From positions 2,311,739-2,375,738 of the forward strand of contig CAXIEN010000093.1 in assembly GCA_964023285.1 (NCBI GenBank): a stretch of 64,000 bases of DNA, read 5' to 3'. The position numbers were made by a program, and so were the translations under genes. The stretch's first letter is position 1. Each line of letters starts with the position of its first letter. Source of the DNA: Larinioides sclopetarius (taxonomy: Eukaryota). Below the pieces are notes generated by a model that made no database searches, was not told where the DNA came from, and saw only the letters and a program-made list of their open reading frames with translations. Positions 39,879 to 53,504 of this stretch are shown here, in pieces.

Positions 39879-40210
39879 TTAAAAAAAATTCAGCTTTTGC
39901 TTTTGAGATCTAAAATCGTTTAAAATATCCAGGGTTTTTTTGTCCTCATAGAATATGATTTCCGGCCACATTTTATCGTCACGGGCAGAATTTAATTTCA
40001 TGCTTAAGCTACATTTCAAATTGTAACATTTCAATAACTTTTGAAGCATTTCCTCTCCATTTAGAAAGCTGATCATTTCTTTGAGAAATTCTGATTTGTA
40101 TTGGCATTTTAATGCCCGCCTGTAATATCTCATTCTTTCTGGGCAAATTCTCTCTGAGAGCCAGAAGGGGAGAGGAAGTTTGCACATGCATCTTATTTGT
40201 TAACATTTTT
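39879..40210 (-). pseudogene. hAT-family transposase C-terminal (dimerisation-domain-like) remnant
   Basis: 102-codon minus-strand ORF with ...FWLSERICPERMRYYRRAL.......FLKEMISFLNGE. Compare the hATC consensus ...SSA.SER.FS......RR..L......L.FL..N. An overlapping second frame suggests a frameshift; there are no flanking TIRs. Confidence 0.35.
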
Positions 40211-40780
40211 TACATTTTGGACTAGTTCATTTTGAGTGTTGGGGAGAGGGTAAGATATTGTTACTCCAGAATTTGTTACTATAGCTCCCCCTCCTGCAAT
40301 ACCTACGTCACACATCGTTGTACATGTGATTAGATCCTTTCCTTTCCCAGATGGCTTTTGCTGATCTGGGCACCAATTTTTTAGATAAAAGTTAGGATTT
40401 TTTTTGGAGGAATTACAAAATTAAAAGAGGGCCGGATTTGCGAAGTTTGACTGTAATTTAAAAAAAAGAAAAGGAAGTTTTTTATTGTAAGCATTATTAA
40501 AAGAGAAATATGCAATTATTTTAGGACTATATCTAACACTGAAAGTGTGTTTACCTTAGAGTTACTTAACTGTAAAATTAGTTTGCTCCCCCCCTTCTCC
40601 TCCCCTTCCCCTAACTGGAATTTGTTAACTGAGTCAAAGAACTTCACAATTACATAACAAATACAAGGGTTGTATTTCTTGTTTTCATGTTCTATTGTTC
40701 TGTAAATTTTCATCTGAAATAATTTGTTAAGCTCATTATTATTTTTTTCTTTGTAATTTGTTATGAAATCATTTAAACAG

Positions 40781-40828
40781 GTTTTGATGCATTGGATTCT
40801 GCTATTGCTGACTTTTTAGCAGATGGAG
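40781..40828 (+). CDS. FG-repeat gene exon: (G)FDALDSAIADFLADG
   Basis: Acceptor tttaaacag|, donor GAG|GTAATA. Only one open frame. Phase 1 in and 1 out. Confidence 0.5.
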
Positions 40829-41876
40829 GTAATAATTTACTTTTTTTATTTAGAGTTGTGAGAATGCAATTTTATTAGCCCAATTTTAACTTAGCTGTTT
40901 TATTTTATAATAAATTTAGATCACTTTTTCTGTTTTTGGAATGTGTTTTCATTTAAATTCAATGAAGAACCTTAAAGATGGTTGAAATATTTATGGATTC
41001 CACATAATTTTTATGTCAAATTATAGCGTCTGTGAAGAATGTCTTTGTTTTAATTTTTGTTTTGTTAAATTTCGATTATTTGATGCACATTTGGGGTACA
41101 GGCAAATCGATTAATCGGTTAAACCATATATTTAATGTTCTTTTCCTTTTTTTACAGAAAAAAACTTTTATAAATAAGTTCTTAAGTAATTAATCCAGTG
41201 GAATTTTTAGTAGTTACATTAGATTCTGCAGTGGACAGATCTGCAACAAAATGTTTAAGCTCTTCTGCTCGAAACTCTGCTCCAGCTGCAGGATCCCCTG
41301 TATAAAGTCCTGCATCTCCTGAATATATTAGATTTAGGCGTGAGAAAGTTTTCCAATACGAAACGATATTTGTAGTGCGTAATTTTGCGTGATTCATATT
41401 ATTAAAAATAATTTGTTGATTTCTGTTGTTTGACAGTTTTTTTTTTTTTAAAAATTATTTAAATCTCGCATCTGAAAATTGTGAGAATATGAGAATTGTC
41501 AATGAAACAAGTTATTTGAAAAATATTGAACGCCGATCTCAGTCGCTACTTGCCGAAATTTACAATCGAGATTAGTCAGTGTTCTAAATGAATTTTTACC
41601 TTGTGAATGATTGCTTGGCGCTCATGTTTGTTTTCATTTATCTCTGTTTTAGTTATTCTTTCAGTGTTCTGTGAAAATTTTGTTTCCCACAAATTTTTAA
41701 AATTCGATACTCAGAAATGTAATGACTAACTTTGTGTCTGTTATAGTTTTGTGACTTACTATAAATTTATATTGTTGAAAAATGGGAAACATTCAAAAGA
41801 AGTCAAAATTTTATTTGTAAAAAAAAATCTCTATATCATTTGATATTTAGTTCTGTCATCAAACTAAAAAGAAAAC

Positions 41877-41886
41877 ATGAGTGATG
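41877..41886 (+). CDS. Alternative candidate first coding exon ATGAGTGATG|GTAAGT (MSD + 1 nt). Would splice in frame to 44440, giving MSDDFLDADIPESEL...
   Basis: Consensus donor immediately after ATG AGT GAT G. Phase 1 matches exon 44440-44538. Confidence 0.35.
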
Positions 41887-42499
41887 GTAAGTTCCCATTG
41901 CAGTTACTATTTAAGGATAATTTTATTTGCTAATTTTATGTGAATCTTGGATCTGTAAATTCTTTTGGATTTTGTGTTGTGATCTTTGCAAGTTTGTCTG
42001 TCCACTCATTGTCGTTTCTACCCACCTAGACCATGACCTAATACAAATCATAATTCTTTAGAAGGATTTTAAATTTAAGATTGATTTTGTGGTTTCAATT
42101 TAAAGATTCTACTGCCATCAAAACAATCTTCAATCATTAAAAATATTTAATTTTTTCTATATTCAGTGTGCTTGATATCTTTTGTAAATCATTTGTTATC
42201 TACTTGAATCTGCTAGTGTTTAGTTCTTCAACCTGGATTTCAGTTCTTTGGTGATTCCTTTCTTCCCTTAAGTATATGCCCAATACACTCCCTTAACTTT
42301 CCCATCTCCTTTGGAACTGTTGGTATAAATTTTCACTTTTTTATTCAAATCAAGTTTGGCACACAGCTATTCGAAAATTATTCTTAAAATGTTTTTTTCT
42401 GTTTTTAAAAATTTATAGTTCTTCATATTTTGATGATGCCGTTATCAATGTTCAGATTTTACCTACGCTTCAAGATGGTAAATTTCTCTACTTTGGTAT

Positions 42500-43265
42500 C
42501 TGTCATTACAGGGTGACGACAAAACCGGGAAATCAGGGATTTCAGGGAGAAGTCAGGGAATTTTATGGATCTGGAAAAATCAGGGAGAAGTCAGGGAAAT
42601 TCATAAAAATTCCTAAAAATCAGGGGAAATTGCAGATAGGAACATTTTACACCGAGCATGTGCTCGATCGATGGTTAATTTAAAAAGTTATGAGCAAACA
42701 TTAATTATTTGTTATTTTGAGTTATCTATAAATTACTATCTTATGTTTAAAATTATTTGTAATAGTAAATGGAATTTTTGCAATTTCTGTAATAAAATAT
42801 TCTAAAATATATATTATTAAGTATGTATTATTATTATACTTTATTTGTTGCAATATGTTATTCTCATACTCATGCAAAGACCATTAATTAGTTATAAAAC
42901 CGTTTAAATGTTCTGAAATAAAATCTTAATAACCTTTATTCTTAATATAATCTAACTTCTATTGCAAAGTATAATGTTAAAATTGTCAGCATTTTTTACT
43001 TATAATAAATATTAATATGCTGTTTTAATATTTTTTTAGAATGTTCATTCCTTTAAAAAAAAAACTAAATTTAAAAAAAATGTTTATTTTTTTCTTATTG
43101 AATGACCGGTAAAAGTGTTTTTATAGTATATTGTGCATATGCAGTTATTCTGAGTAGGAAGAAAGCGAGGAAACTAATAAAATTCAGTAGTCATAAATCG
43201 GAAATTTTATTAGTTTAGTCAGGGAAAAGTCAGGGAAATTTGTTTCAAAGATTCTGTAGTCACCT
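42500..43265. mobile_element. Repeat family with terminal TCAGGGA(A/G)A subrepeats, copy B
   Basis: See copy A. Lies in an intron of the FG-repeat gene. Confidence 0.75.
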
Positions 43266-44439
43266 TGCATTAGCTCTTTGAGCAAACAACCCAGCAGCAT
43301 CTTCATAGCTTTCCTATACAGTATTGTAGGTCTTATTTATGTTTTTTAAACCTTGTTTCTGTATTTGCAATATTTTTTTATCTTTAGTTGTTCTATGACA
43401 TCTGAACAATATAAGAATGATTTTCTGTTGCACAAGAAAGACATATTTGCTTTAAATCCTTGAATCTAATTTCTAATGGTGATTTAGAATAGCACTTAGA
43501 TTTGTTTTGTATTTTGATTTTTTTCTTTCAAAAAGCTTAAAATGTAGAACAAGATAGGTGTAAATTGTTTATTTCATTTAGGATTTGGTTAAGGCAAAAA
43601 ATAAAAAATCACTTTAAGAAATTATTGTACTTATCAATTTAACAATGTTTCAATGGGTGTTACCAGAGATGGAACCAGGAAAACAATTATTTTCTTGTTG
43701 TGGAAATTTTTTGTAATGGGTATTCATCTGTAATTAATAAATAATAATCTTCCAAGAATATGAGACCAATTTCATTGTGCTTGTTCTCCTCATACAGCAG
43801 GTCAGGTTCTCCTTTTGAGGAGACCATTCCCACTTGTCAAGGAAATCAGCCACCCGTCCCCTTGGGTACAATTTAGCATTATTCCTGGATGTTTCTCTAA
43901 GTATGATATTTCACATTCAGATTATCAGATATGTGGGGCTTTATGTGATCGCACCATTCCAGATCCTTGCAAGTTGGCTGTATTTCCATTCAAAGTAACT
44001 TTTGTTTGGCGTACATTTATAATTATTTATTTCATTTAGGATTTGGAATTTCCTTTTCTATTTTTTTAAAAATTTATATATGTGTAAGTTATTGTACGAA
44101 TTTTAATCTTGCACTTTTTGAAATATCTGCTCACTTTTAGTGTAGTGACCAATAAAAGAAAATGAAGCATAACATCAATTCATATATACTTCTATAAGTT
44201 AACTGCCATTTCTGAAGTTTTTGAATGTGTGATCTTTAATTTTTTGAGGAGTTTTAATATTAATCTTGTACAGTTGATTTTTATTTAAAAAATGCTTAAA
44301 TATTTAGTATTTGGAAAATCTTCTCTTGTGCTGTTTTTTAAAGGAAATCTCAAAATTTATTTGTTTTGCTTTTTGTATTTAAAATGATTGTCTTGTCTTT
44401 AAAATCACCATCACTGCCATAATTGGAATCTTTTTACAG

Positions 44440-44538
44440 ATTTTTTAGATGCTGATATTCCTGAGTCGGAACTAATCATTCCACCAGAGCCAAGCATGGC
44501 CATCAGCAATCCCATCAGCATGCCACCATCAGCATTTA
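44440..44538 (+). CDS. FG-repeat gene exon: (D)FLDADIPESELIIPPEPSMAISNPISMPPSAF
   Basis: Acceptor ctttttacag|, donor TTTA|GTAAGA. Single open frame. Phase 1 in and 1 out. Confidence 0.65.
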
Positions 44539-47204
44539 GTAAGAAATGCTTTTATTAGTTGAAGTTTTTAATATTTGAGTATGGCTGTCTTTTTTTTCTG
44601 GTCATGAATGAGATAATATCCATATATTAGACCTTATTGACAAATATACTTCATTTAATTTTAGTTTCATTAAAAAATTTTTGATTGGGAAATTATCTTT
44701 AAACCACTTTTTCATTAATGCACTAAGGATGGGCATTCATGAAAAAATTTGAAAAGCCTTATATTATTCATTTCTTTAGCTTCTCATTCTCTACACTCTT
44801 TAGCATTGATAGTTGATTCTTAAATGATAACGAGGGTATTTTATTATGAAGGGTAGAAGTTTGGAACCATATGTTGTGATTAAATTTTATACTAAATTCT
44901 GCCTTTTATATCATCATAATATATTTTGTAAAATTTTTTACCAGACATTTCTTGAAACAGTTGGCTTATAAGTAAAACTAAAGCTTAAACTAACAGTTGT
45001 AGAAATTGCACACCATTGTTGTGGTCGCAACATAAACAGTGAGCATGTGCAGTTTCAGAAATTTCTATCCTGGATGTCAACTACAGTGCTATTTTAAAGA
45101 TGTTTTAACAATTTTTTTCTTATTTATTTTCTGTTGGGGAAAATGTTATTTGTTGATCTATAGATAAAAGTTAAATAAGTGTTTTCTAGTTTATATAATA
45201 TTTATAGTAAATTAAAATATCAAATAGTAATTCTCATTAACTTACACAAACATGCTTTATAGAATAAATTCTCCATGAAATGGACTCTAGATTTTCATTG
45301 AAATTTTTATTGCCATTTCCCCAAAGTAATTTATTTTAAAAACAAAAAATTTAAATTTAAAGTAAAAGTTTTGCCAACTGGACACCCATGCTTTCCTTTT
45401 TTTAATCAAAATCAAATCATTAAAGGGAACTTGGAAGTACAAAAACTATTTATTTGATCGTATTCTAGCAGATTTATTAATTTCTGAAACAGAACCAGAT
45501 CCTTTTCGATTAATAGCTTTAGAGTAGAATAGTGGTTGAATTTATTTTTAACCAATACCATATATGAGTGAAAAGGATATATGGACTTAACTACTGTGTT
45601 CAGTTTAAAAATAAATTGACATAATATAAACCAAATATTAAAAAAATGATAAAGCATGGTAATAATATAAAGTAACCAATATAGATGAAATTTTATCGAA
45701 AAATAATCTAGATATGGAAAAAATATGAACTTTGTAAAAATTTTTTAGCTTCTTCATTTTTATATTAATTTTGCACTGGAACTTCATTAATGTATTACCT
45801 CTTTACAGTGTCATACTACAGGATGCAGTGGGAATGTTCATGATCCTTTACAAAAATCAATGCATTTATTTCTCTTTTTTAAATCAAATATGATGATAAG
45901 AAGAAAGGGGAGATAATCCCTTGGCACCATTTTCCATTACTGTGGGCTAGCTTTTAATTGTTTAAGTCAATTACTCTCAATCGGACCCTTTGCCAGAATG
46001 CTATTTATTCTGGGCTCATTTTTTCACTAGAGGGACAAATCAGAGTTTAAGAATTTGAAAGAACAGATTTTATTTTTTACCTTGTATCCAAACTAATAAA
46101 AGGAAAGCACTGAAATTGCCAAACAATTCGCCTTTGAGATTTTGCTGTATCTCCTAGAGACCTGTTTTTGGAATTATGTTAGTTTATCTGTGAATGCAGT
46201 GTGTGGTTGCAAACACTTAGAAAAAATTTCATATGTAGTCATAACTCCAAAATTGAAGATTCCTATCAAATTTTGGATGAGATCCATCTATGAGAAATTC
46301 ATCAGTGTGCATCTGGGCAGGATAACTGAAAAACACAAAAAACTAGATGGCTGAAATTTTACATATTGTTTTATCAACAGAGTGTTAAATTTTTATAAAT
46401 GACTCAACCGAATCTGTCAAAGGGTTGACCAGTTCTTAGTCTGTATATCAACGGCGTACCTGCAATTTCTGCTGCCTGCTCTGGATTTGGAAAATGAAAC
46501 CCTTTCATAAGGTGGATAGGCCACATAAATTAACCAAATCAAAGACAAAACCAAGAAAAAAGAGACAGGAAAAAAAGAGAACTTTTAAAATAACACAAAA
46601 ATTTATAATGTAATTTTATTATGTAATTATGTTTAACAGATATTGCAAGGCAAAGTTACTAGAGAGTATTAGGTTAGGCTCACACAGGGAGCAGATGCGT
46701 TGATGACGTATCCTTGGCCCTTATTGACATTGCTTTGCTTCGTAGCAATGCTATGTAATTGAATAAGTATTATGTTAGAAATCTTTTTTAAAAACTGAGA
46801 ACTTCCTGTTGTCAGAATTTTTGTGGAAACATTGTTTAATCAGTCTTACATTATGAAAGAATCAAAATTTAGATAGTTTTATCGAAAATTTTATTAAAAA
46901 TCAGTGATCTTTCTGATATGAATTTTAGGAAAAAAATAAGGAGGTCCCTAATCTTTAATTTTTAGAAACAGCTTTAGAAGAGAAAGTGGATTTTTTGGAA
47001 ATTGAAGAATTGTGAATAACTTTATTGCAATTATAAAATAAAGTGTTTCACTTTGTAGTAAAAAAACAAAAATGATATCTTTGAAACAAATTATAAAAGT
47101 AATTTGTAATTTTGAATAAATATAAACACAAATAATTTTCTATTTTTTCACTATTTCTTTCATTGCTAAATTCGCAATTGAATTATACCCATATATATAT
47201 TTTG

Positions 47205-49230
47205 CAGGGGTGTCCATTCTCCCTAGACGTAAGGCTCACCCCCCCCCAAAAAATAGTTGACCCCCCTTCTGCCAAAGCCAACTGTATACAATAATTGACT
47301 TTTCCCCACTCAGAGATACATTTTCATATGATAAAAATAACAACTATTAGTTGGAAAAATCATTTCTTTCAATATACCAAATGAAAATTATTCAAATTTT
47401 AAATTTTCTTTCAATATACCAAATGAAAATTATTCAAATTTTAAATTCATCACAAAAATTAAAAACAGAAAAAAATTAAGAAAAACCATAAAATTGGTTA
47501 GTTATAAAACTGGAAATTAAATTCAAAACATGCATTTCCTCACCTTCAAGATTACGTATAATTATGTACTTCAAGTAGCTTTTTAACTAAATTCGTACTT
47601 AATCTAACTACTTAATGGTATATTAAATCTTTTAATGAACGGTTCTGTTATTTAACAATAAAGCTTTAGTGCATAGTTTCTCAGAGGGTTAACAATTAGC
47701 CAAATGAAAAAATTCTGAAACAGTACAGGACTAATCATCCATGTACTTCATAAAAATCTTTTTTCACGCGTTATAAAATGCAAAATTAATCCGTGATAAT
47801 ATAGACTAAATATAACCGTTTCACATTAAGATAAAAAACAAATTGATAAATTTTCTAGAAAAACTTTGTCGAATTTTTTGTTTGTTTGTTTATTTATTTA
47901 TTCTAAAAATATTTGCATATTTTATCCATGTGATATTTAAATTAATAAAAAATAACATTAAATAAGGATAGTTTTAAATTTATCTACGAATTATTATAAT
48001 TGCATCAGTAGTATATTTCATAATATTAAATCATTCCCGCTATAAAAGTGCCAAAGTCGAGCCATTGTAAATTGCTTACATGCGATAGAGCACTCTAGTG
48101 ATAGTTTTTTCTTAACTTTCTGGAAGAAATTTTCAGTTGAAACTTTTCGAATGATCTAAAACTGTTATACTCTTCATACATTTTCATACAACTGAAAAAT
48201 TTGGGGTTTCAAAGTTCTTCCCTAGGAATTCTTGTCCTATAAAACTGTTATGGGTTTGATTTAATGCATAATTTCTGAAAGCGAATTTCATAAATATAAA
48301 GCTCATACTATTTTATTGGTGCCTTTAGAGTTACAATCGACAAAAGTTGTGTTACTTTTTTCTGTCCTGTTTTGGAAAAAAATAAATCAGCAAATTAATA
48401 AGTCTAATTTTTTGACTTGATGGAAATGATTGATGCAAATTTCTTCCTTGATTCTATTTTCTTTTTCAAACTATTTGAGAAATTGGAAAGAATTAATAAT
48501 AGTTATTTAACTATTATTAATTCCGTGATATATTACTTACCTGATATCAAGAATAAGTTGGTCTTCAGAAGTTATAGTTGAAGTTTTTCCACTGTATGGC
48601 TTCTATTGATCACTTCCACTTCTATTGTTTTAAATTTTATATCAATATTATTTATGTTCAGTCCACTTATCGTAATTGATGATCACATTGCACATTAACT
48701 CCAAGCATTTGTATTTATAAGGAGTTTCTTTCTTAGCCATGGTTGATACTGATCACTTATAAAATTAAGCTGAAATTAAAACAAGATTCTGTTTCCGTGA
48801 ATGAGCTATGACTTTGAGTACACACAAGTGATGTTTGATTCGAGCACGTGAATTAATCCTCCAAAATCCTACTACCCTTTTTCTTTGAAGTGAGTGTAAT
48901 CCGATGTATCTTTGGCCGGATTTCTGCTTTTTGTTATTTTGTAGAAAAATTCTTTTTTTTCTCTCTCTCTCTTTCTCAAAATTCTATTCCCTTGCTGATT
49001 TCCGGCTCCCTCCCCCATCGAACCATTTTATCTAGCTGAGATCACGACTATCTCTCAATTCCACTTCTTTCAGCTTTATATTAATATAAGAATTAATTTA
49101 TACAATTATTTTTAAATGATATAATACAGTTTTGAAATAATCTATACAATAGTTGAATGATTTTTTGAGCCCCCCCCAGAAATTTCAATGGCGCAGTCTG
49201 TGCCATGTCTTTCCCTTGTGGGCACCCCTG
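47205..49230. mobile_element. Possible hAT-like non-autonomous element (about 2.0 kb) with 12-bp terminal inverted repeats CAGGGGTG(T/C)CCA and subterminal poly-C/poly-G tracts. Imperfect target-site duplication, roughly TATATT.
   Basis: 47205 caggggtgtccattctccc...ctcacccccccccaaaaaata. 49150-49230 ccccccccagaaatttcaatggcgcag...ttgtgggcacccctg (reverse complement caggggtgcccacaa). Flanks atattttg| and |tatattgc. Confidence 0.4.
47348..47440. repeat. Tandem direct repeat, about 45 bp x 2
   Basis: tttctttcaatataccaaatgaaaattattcaaattttaaatt occurs twice consecutively. Confidence 0.9.
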
Positions 49231-49802
49231 TATATTGCATCCTTAATTTATACTTATCGCATTTCCACACAAACAAAAAAAATATCTCTACAATAATTTT
49301 TTATCACAAAATTCTTAATAGGATAATACACCCTATACAACATGCATGCTTTATTAATATTTATTTAATTTTCACACACATATATAAATTCAAAATTTTC
49401 AAACAATGTGATGAACAGTATTTACACTATTAATAATTAATTGCAAAAATGTTTATTTTATGTTTTAAATTGGATAACTTTTATAACAAAACTTATATAC
49501 CTTTTATTAGGACAAGACTGTAATCACATTTTAGAAGGCTGACAATGTGAAGCATTCCACTTCTTGGCTCTCTTTAGCTGTTCTCTTTGAAATTTGTTTG
49601 TTTCTAGCTTTTGCATTGTTAAACACATCTTTCATTCTGCATTTGAAAATCTAAATTTTTCTGACATCCTGATCTTTTGGAAAGGAATGAAAAGAAACAT
49701 TTGTGACTTTGGAATTTTTCAAATGCATACAGCCAGGCATTTGCACAGCTTAAAATGTTTCCTTGAAACTATAACATATGGCTCTAAAAAGAGCTGTTTT
49801 TA

Positions 49803-50612
49803 CTTTATCATATAGAGAAAGTATTGTAATCGTCAAAAAAATTCAAACTTGAGATTTTGATGAATCTCCACGTATTAGACCTCCCCGAGTCCAATAAACA
49901 GAATTTTGGAATTATGTCTGTCTAGGAACATGATAACTCAAAAACTATTATAGCTACGAGGCTGGAATTTTGGTGTGTGGTCTTTTTTTACATGATTTGT
50001 AAGATTCTCAAAGTTTTGGGCAAAATCCACCCACAGGAAGTATGTCTGTCCACGTTCATGTGAAATCAAAAACTTGAATAGCTAGATTGATAAAATTTGG
50101 TACACAGTTTTCTCATCATAAATGTATGTCAATATAAAACTTTCTGCCAACTCCGTCAAGGGTTTGACTGTCAATGTCTAGATATATAAAATTTAGTATG
50201 ACGTATGCTAATATAAATTGTAAACTTGTGTAAAAATCTCACCCCAATCGATTGCATAGAAAGGGTTTAATTCTTTATCCAAATTCCTAAGATGCAGGCA
50301 TGCGCAAAGCGTCGTTTTGTGAGCAAAAGAAAATGTTGCATAAGGATTGCTAGTGGGGAACTTTCTAGTTGCTTTTTTCTTCCATTTTGGATCCTTTTTC
50401 TCCCTTTTGGTGATTTCTGATAGTGGTTGGATTATTTTAATTATGTGGAAATTAATGGTGTTTCGGGTATAGAGTAGATTCAGAATTTTTATCCAGTTCA
50501 TATTTTTTACAGTTGGTGAAATTTTTTTATCCACACTGGTGGATAGGAAACGACACAATTCTGGGGAAATATACGAGAAAGTTTAGGGAAGGCCACTTCG
50601 TCTGGTTTATAA
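49803..50612. mobile_element. Second, diverged copy (about 80-85% identity) of the internal segment of the 4321-5775 composite repeat. It lacks the 235-bp flanking direct repeats.
   Basis: Collinear blocks: tatagagaaagt.ttgtaatcgtc.aaaaattc.aact.gagattttga.gaatctccacgt, aatttggtacaca.tt.ctcatc, aaatttagtatgacgtatgcta, tggattattttaatta.ttggaaattaatg..gtttcgggtatagag, agggaaggccacttc. Confidence 0.85.
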
Positions 50613-52414
50613 TTTAGCTTACGAAACAAAGAAAATCTCAAAAAATAAATCTCTCCTTTACGATCGAACATCCACCCCAGCTCTGAATCAAACAAGAAAT
50701 ATTCATAATAAATCCAAATTTCCCGCCTTTTAGTTTGGAATCTGAGGAGAAATAAAACTAAAAAAAATAACCAGACTCTAGATTAGATTTAAATAATATT
50801 TATTTTCATTCATTAAAAACTCCTGTTAGATAAATAAAAAAGCAAATAGTATTCTCCAAAAACAAATCATTCATTTCAAACTGGTGTAAAGTAAACAAAA
50901 AGAGATAAACCTGGTTTACTTTCATTAAAAACAAAAGTACTTGGCGCAGAATTTATGAGCCTTCTGCTAATAAATTCCTCGCCATGTACTTTTATTGATG
51001 CCTCGTGTCTCATGAAGTAAAAATAATGAAGATACAATAACAAACCATTGATCTGGTGATTTTAACGTTCCTTACAGATGGAATAAAATTTATTTCCTTA
51101 ATTTTGAAACCGATTGGAATAGTGGAGAATTTGAATGTCGGGCCAGAATGACGTCATGCGCAGAAAGTTCTACTGCGCATCACGTTTGTGGACCCTCTTT
51201 GATTGCAAGAACCCTTGACTGCAAGTTACTTATCAATGACCTTAGATGATTTTTAATTAGTTTTAAATTAAAAAACTTTGCTGGAATTTTTCAATGCTCA
51301 CAGAAGTTCTTACAGTTAAAATAATATTAAGAATGGGGTTTTCCATCCTGTAATTTTGAATAAATTGTAAATGTTCAAGGGGATTTTTTTTCCATGTTTC
51401 TGTTTGTCTTCATTGGTGGTGGCAGAAATATAAAAAAATAGTTACAATTTACTGAATGAACAATATGAATGTATCTCGTAAGAAATGCATATTTTTCAGT
51501 AAGAATATTTAGTTTTTTAAATCTGAAACTGATTTCTTGAATCACTCTGTCAAGTAAAGAAATAATTTTGTTGTCTAATTTTCTCTTAAAGCCGTCATTA
51601 CATGACAATTCCTAAATCCTCACAAATGAGTTTCTTTTGCAAAACTTAATGCAACATGAACCATCTTATCTCCACTGATCAATGTCTTTAAAATCAATAT
51701 CACCATTTCTTTCTTCTGTATGTTTAATGCTAAAGCTGTTAGTTTGATGCTAAATTGCTTTGAGACTTCAGATTCTTCTAAAGTCATGTATTCAACTGTA
51801 GTGGAAGTAGTTACCTGTGTCTTCTCTCTTATCAGCATCTGTAATAACACCATTAACAGTAATTGTAAGAGAAATTAATTTAATTGTTCTAGAAGTTGGT
51901 GCCGTGTGTTCTTCAATGGTGGCAGTGGATATAGCAGCAGTTGGAAGAGTTCTCAAAATGTCCCTGAGAAAAGAATCTCAGTATAGTTTTTTCATTTTTT
52001 CCCGTCTTCTTTTATACTCTAGACTTTTTAATTTTTCTGAAAGCAGCAACACTTACATACTTTTTGTCATTTCATTTTAAATGGATAAAAATATTTCCAT
52101 TCAAAATAAATTAAACTGATTCCATTAAAATATAGATTTTCCTTATGGTTAAATAATGTTCGTTTGTAATTAATAAGAAAATTAATTTTTGTTAGTTTGT
52201 AATTAATTAAGAAAATAGTTTTAAAATATATTCTTTATATAAACCATGAATTTAACTTTTAAAATCACACTAAATTAAATATTTATATAGACACATTTTC
52301 ATTTGCCACATCAATTTTTCGCACTGATCTGATAATATTTATGATGATATTGTTTTCCCAGTAGAATATGCTTTAAAAATTGCAACTTTCTTGTTATGCT
52401 TTAGTGATTGAAAT

Positions 52415-52555
52415 TTGAAAAGGAAATATTTTCTTGAATAGTTAAAATTTAAAGAGGAATTATTTTTTGAATAGTTGAAATTTGAGGAAGAAATATTTTT
52501 TTGATAATTAAAATTTGAAATGGAAATATATTTTCTACAAATAAAAAGTTCATTT
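52415..52555. repeat. Minisatellite, about 36-38-bp unit x 4 (tgaatagttaaaatttaaagaggaattatttttt)
   Basis: Four consecutive degenerate units: gaaatttgaaaaggaaatattttct / tgaatagttaaaatttaaagaggaattatttttt / gaatagttgaaatttgaggaagaaatattttttt / gataattaaaatttgaaatggaaatatattttct. Confidence 0.85.
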
Positions 52556-53174
52556 TGGAAATTAGTGGTGTTCTACTATATAAATCTTCGTCTACATGTC
52601 TCATTTTGCCACCCCTCTCAAAGTGCTATATCCGGGGCAGAATACCCCCATTTTTGCACATGAATAAAATTTAGAATGTGGTATTGTCACAAGAATTTTA
52701 GATCTGTATCAAATTTTAAATCCAATAGGATAAAAGGAAGATGTCAAAATATCCTTAGTCAGTTTTTTTCACTGTTCAACAAAATACAAAATGTGCCATA
52801 TTGTGTACATTAAGGAAAAAGTAGAAAGGCCAACACCTTATGCTATATTTTAAACACTAAATTCTTATATTCTTTTATACAGAAAAAAGTTTTGGTCTCG
52901 CTTGTTTCTATTTGGACCCCACACCTCCTAAAGCCGGCCTTGTTACTCTACCACTGTTATCCTAATTGCATATTCTTATCTGTAACTATCGATATCCTCT
53001 GGGGCCAACTGACTAATTTTGTGAAGTGTATTATTTGTCATTTGATTTTGAATTATATTTTCATGGAAGAATGGTTTATTATTTGTTAATATCATATTTT
53101 TGAACAATTTTATTAAAAATATAAATGTATTATGCAATATATTTTCAATCATGTTATAGTTTGATTATAAACAG

Positions 53175-53258
53175 ATTTTGACTCGGAACTTTCAGCTCCG
53201 GAAATGAGCCATGATTTCCTTTCTGAAGCCTCTAGTGCAATGTCTGAACCTGGTCATG
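53175..53258 (+). CDS. FG-repeat gene exon: (N)FDSELSAPEMSHDFLSEASSAMSEPGH
   Basis: Acceptor tataaacag|, donor CATG|GTAAGT. Phase 1 in and 1 out. Same ATTTTGA start and DF motif as the other N-terminal exons. Confidence 0.65.
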
Positions 53259-53504
53259 GTAAGTATAATATGTTTTTTATTATAATATTGATTTATTTTA
53301 ATTATTGTCATTTGTTAATACAGTAGAACCCTGCTATTCTAAACTAATTGGAACATCTGCATGTTTGGTTTATAAAAAATTCGGATTGCCCGAAATTCTG
53401 ATAAAATGGAAATGAAAAAATTATCTTCTAAGTACTCAGTGCTAGTATATCTTCAAATCTTTTATTCAAAAGCAATAGAAAGAGAATATATCTCCCTTTT
53501 TCAT

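Noticed and set aside
40009-40206. Second overlapping minus-strand ORF with SPLLALRENLP (hAT-like YP.L..LA motif)
   Set aside because: It overlaps the better-supported frame. The spacing to the SER motif is wrong for a single intact hATC domain. Treated only as evidence of frameshifting in a dead hAT remnant.
42419-42477. Extra DF-type mini-exon (SSYFDDAVINVQILPTLQDG) between the 40781 and 44440 exons
   Set aside because: It has good splice signals and resembles the neighbouring exons. However, its only sensible frame needs a phase-2 acceptor, which is incompatible with both upstream candidates (phase 1). Kept out of the model. It may be a decayed duplicate exon.
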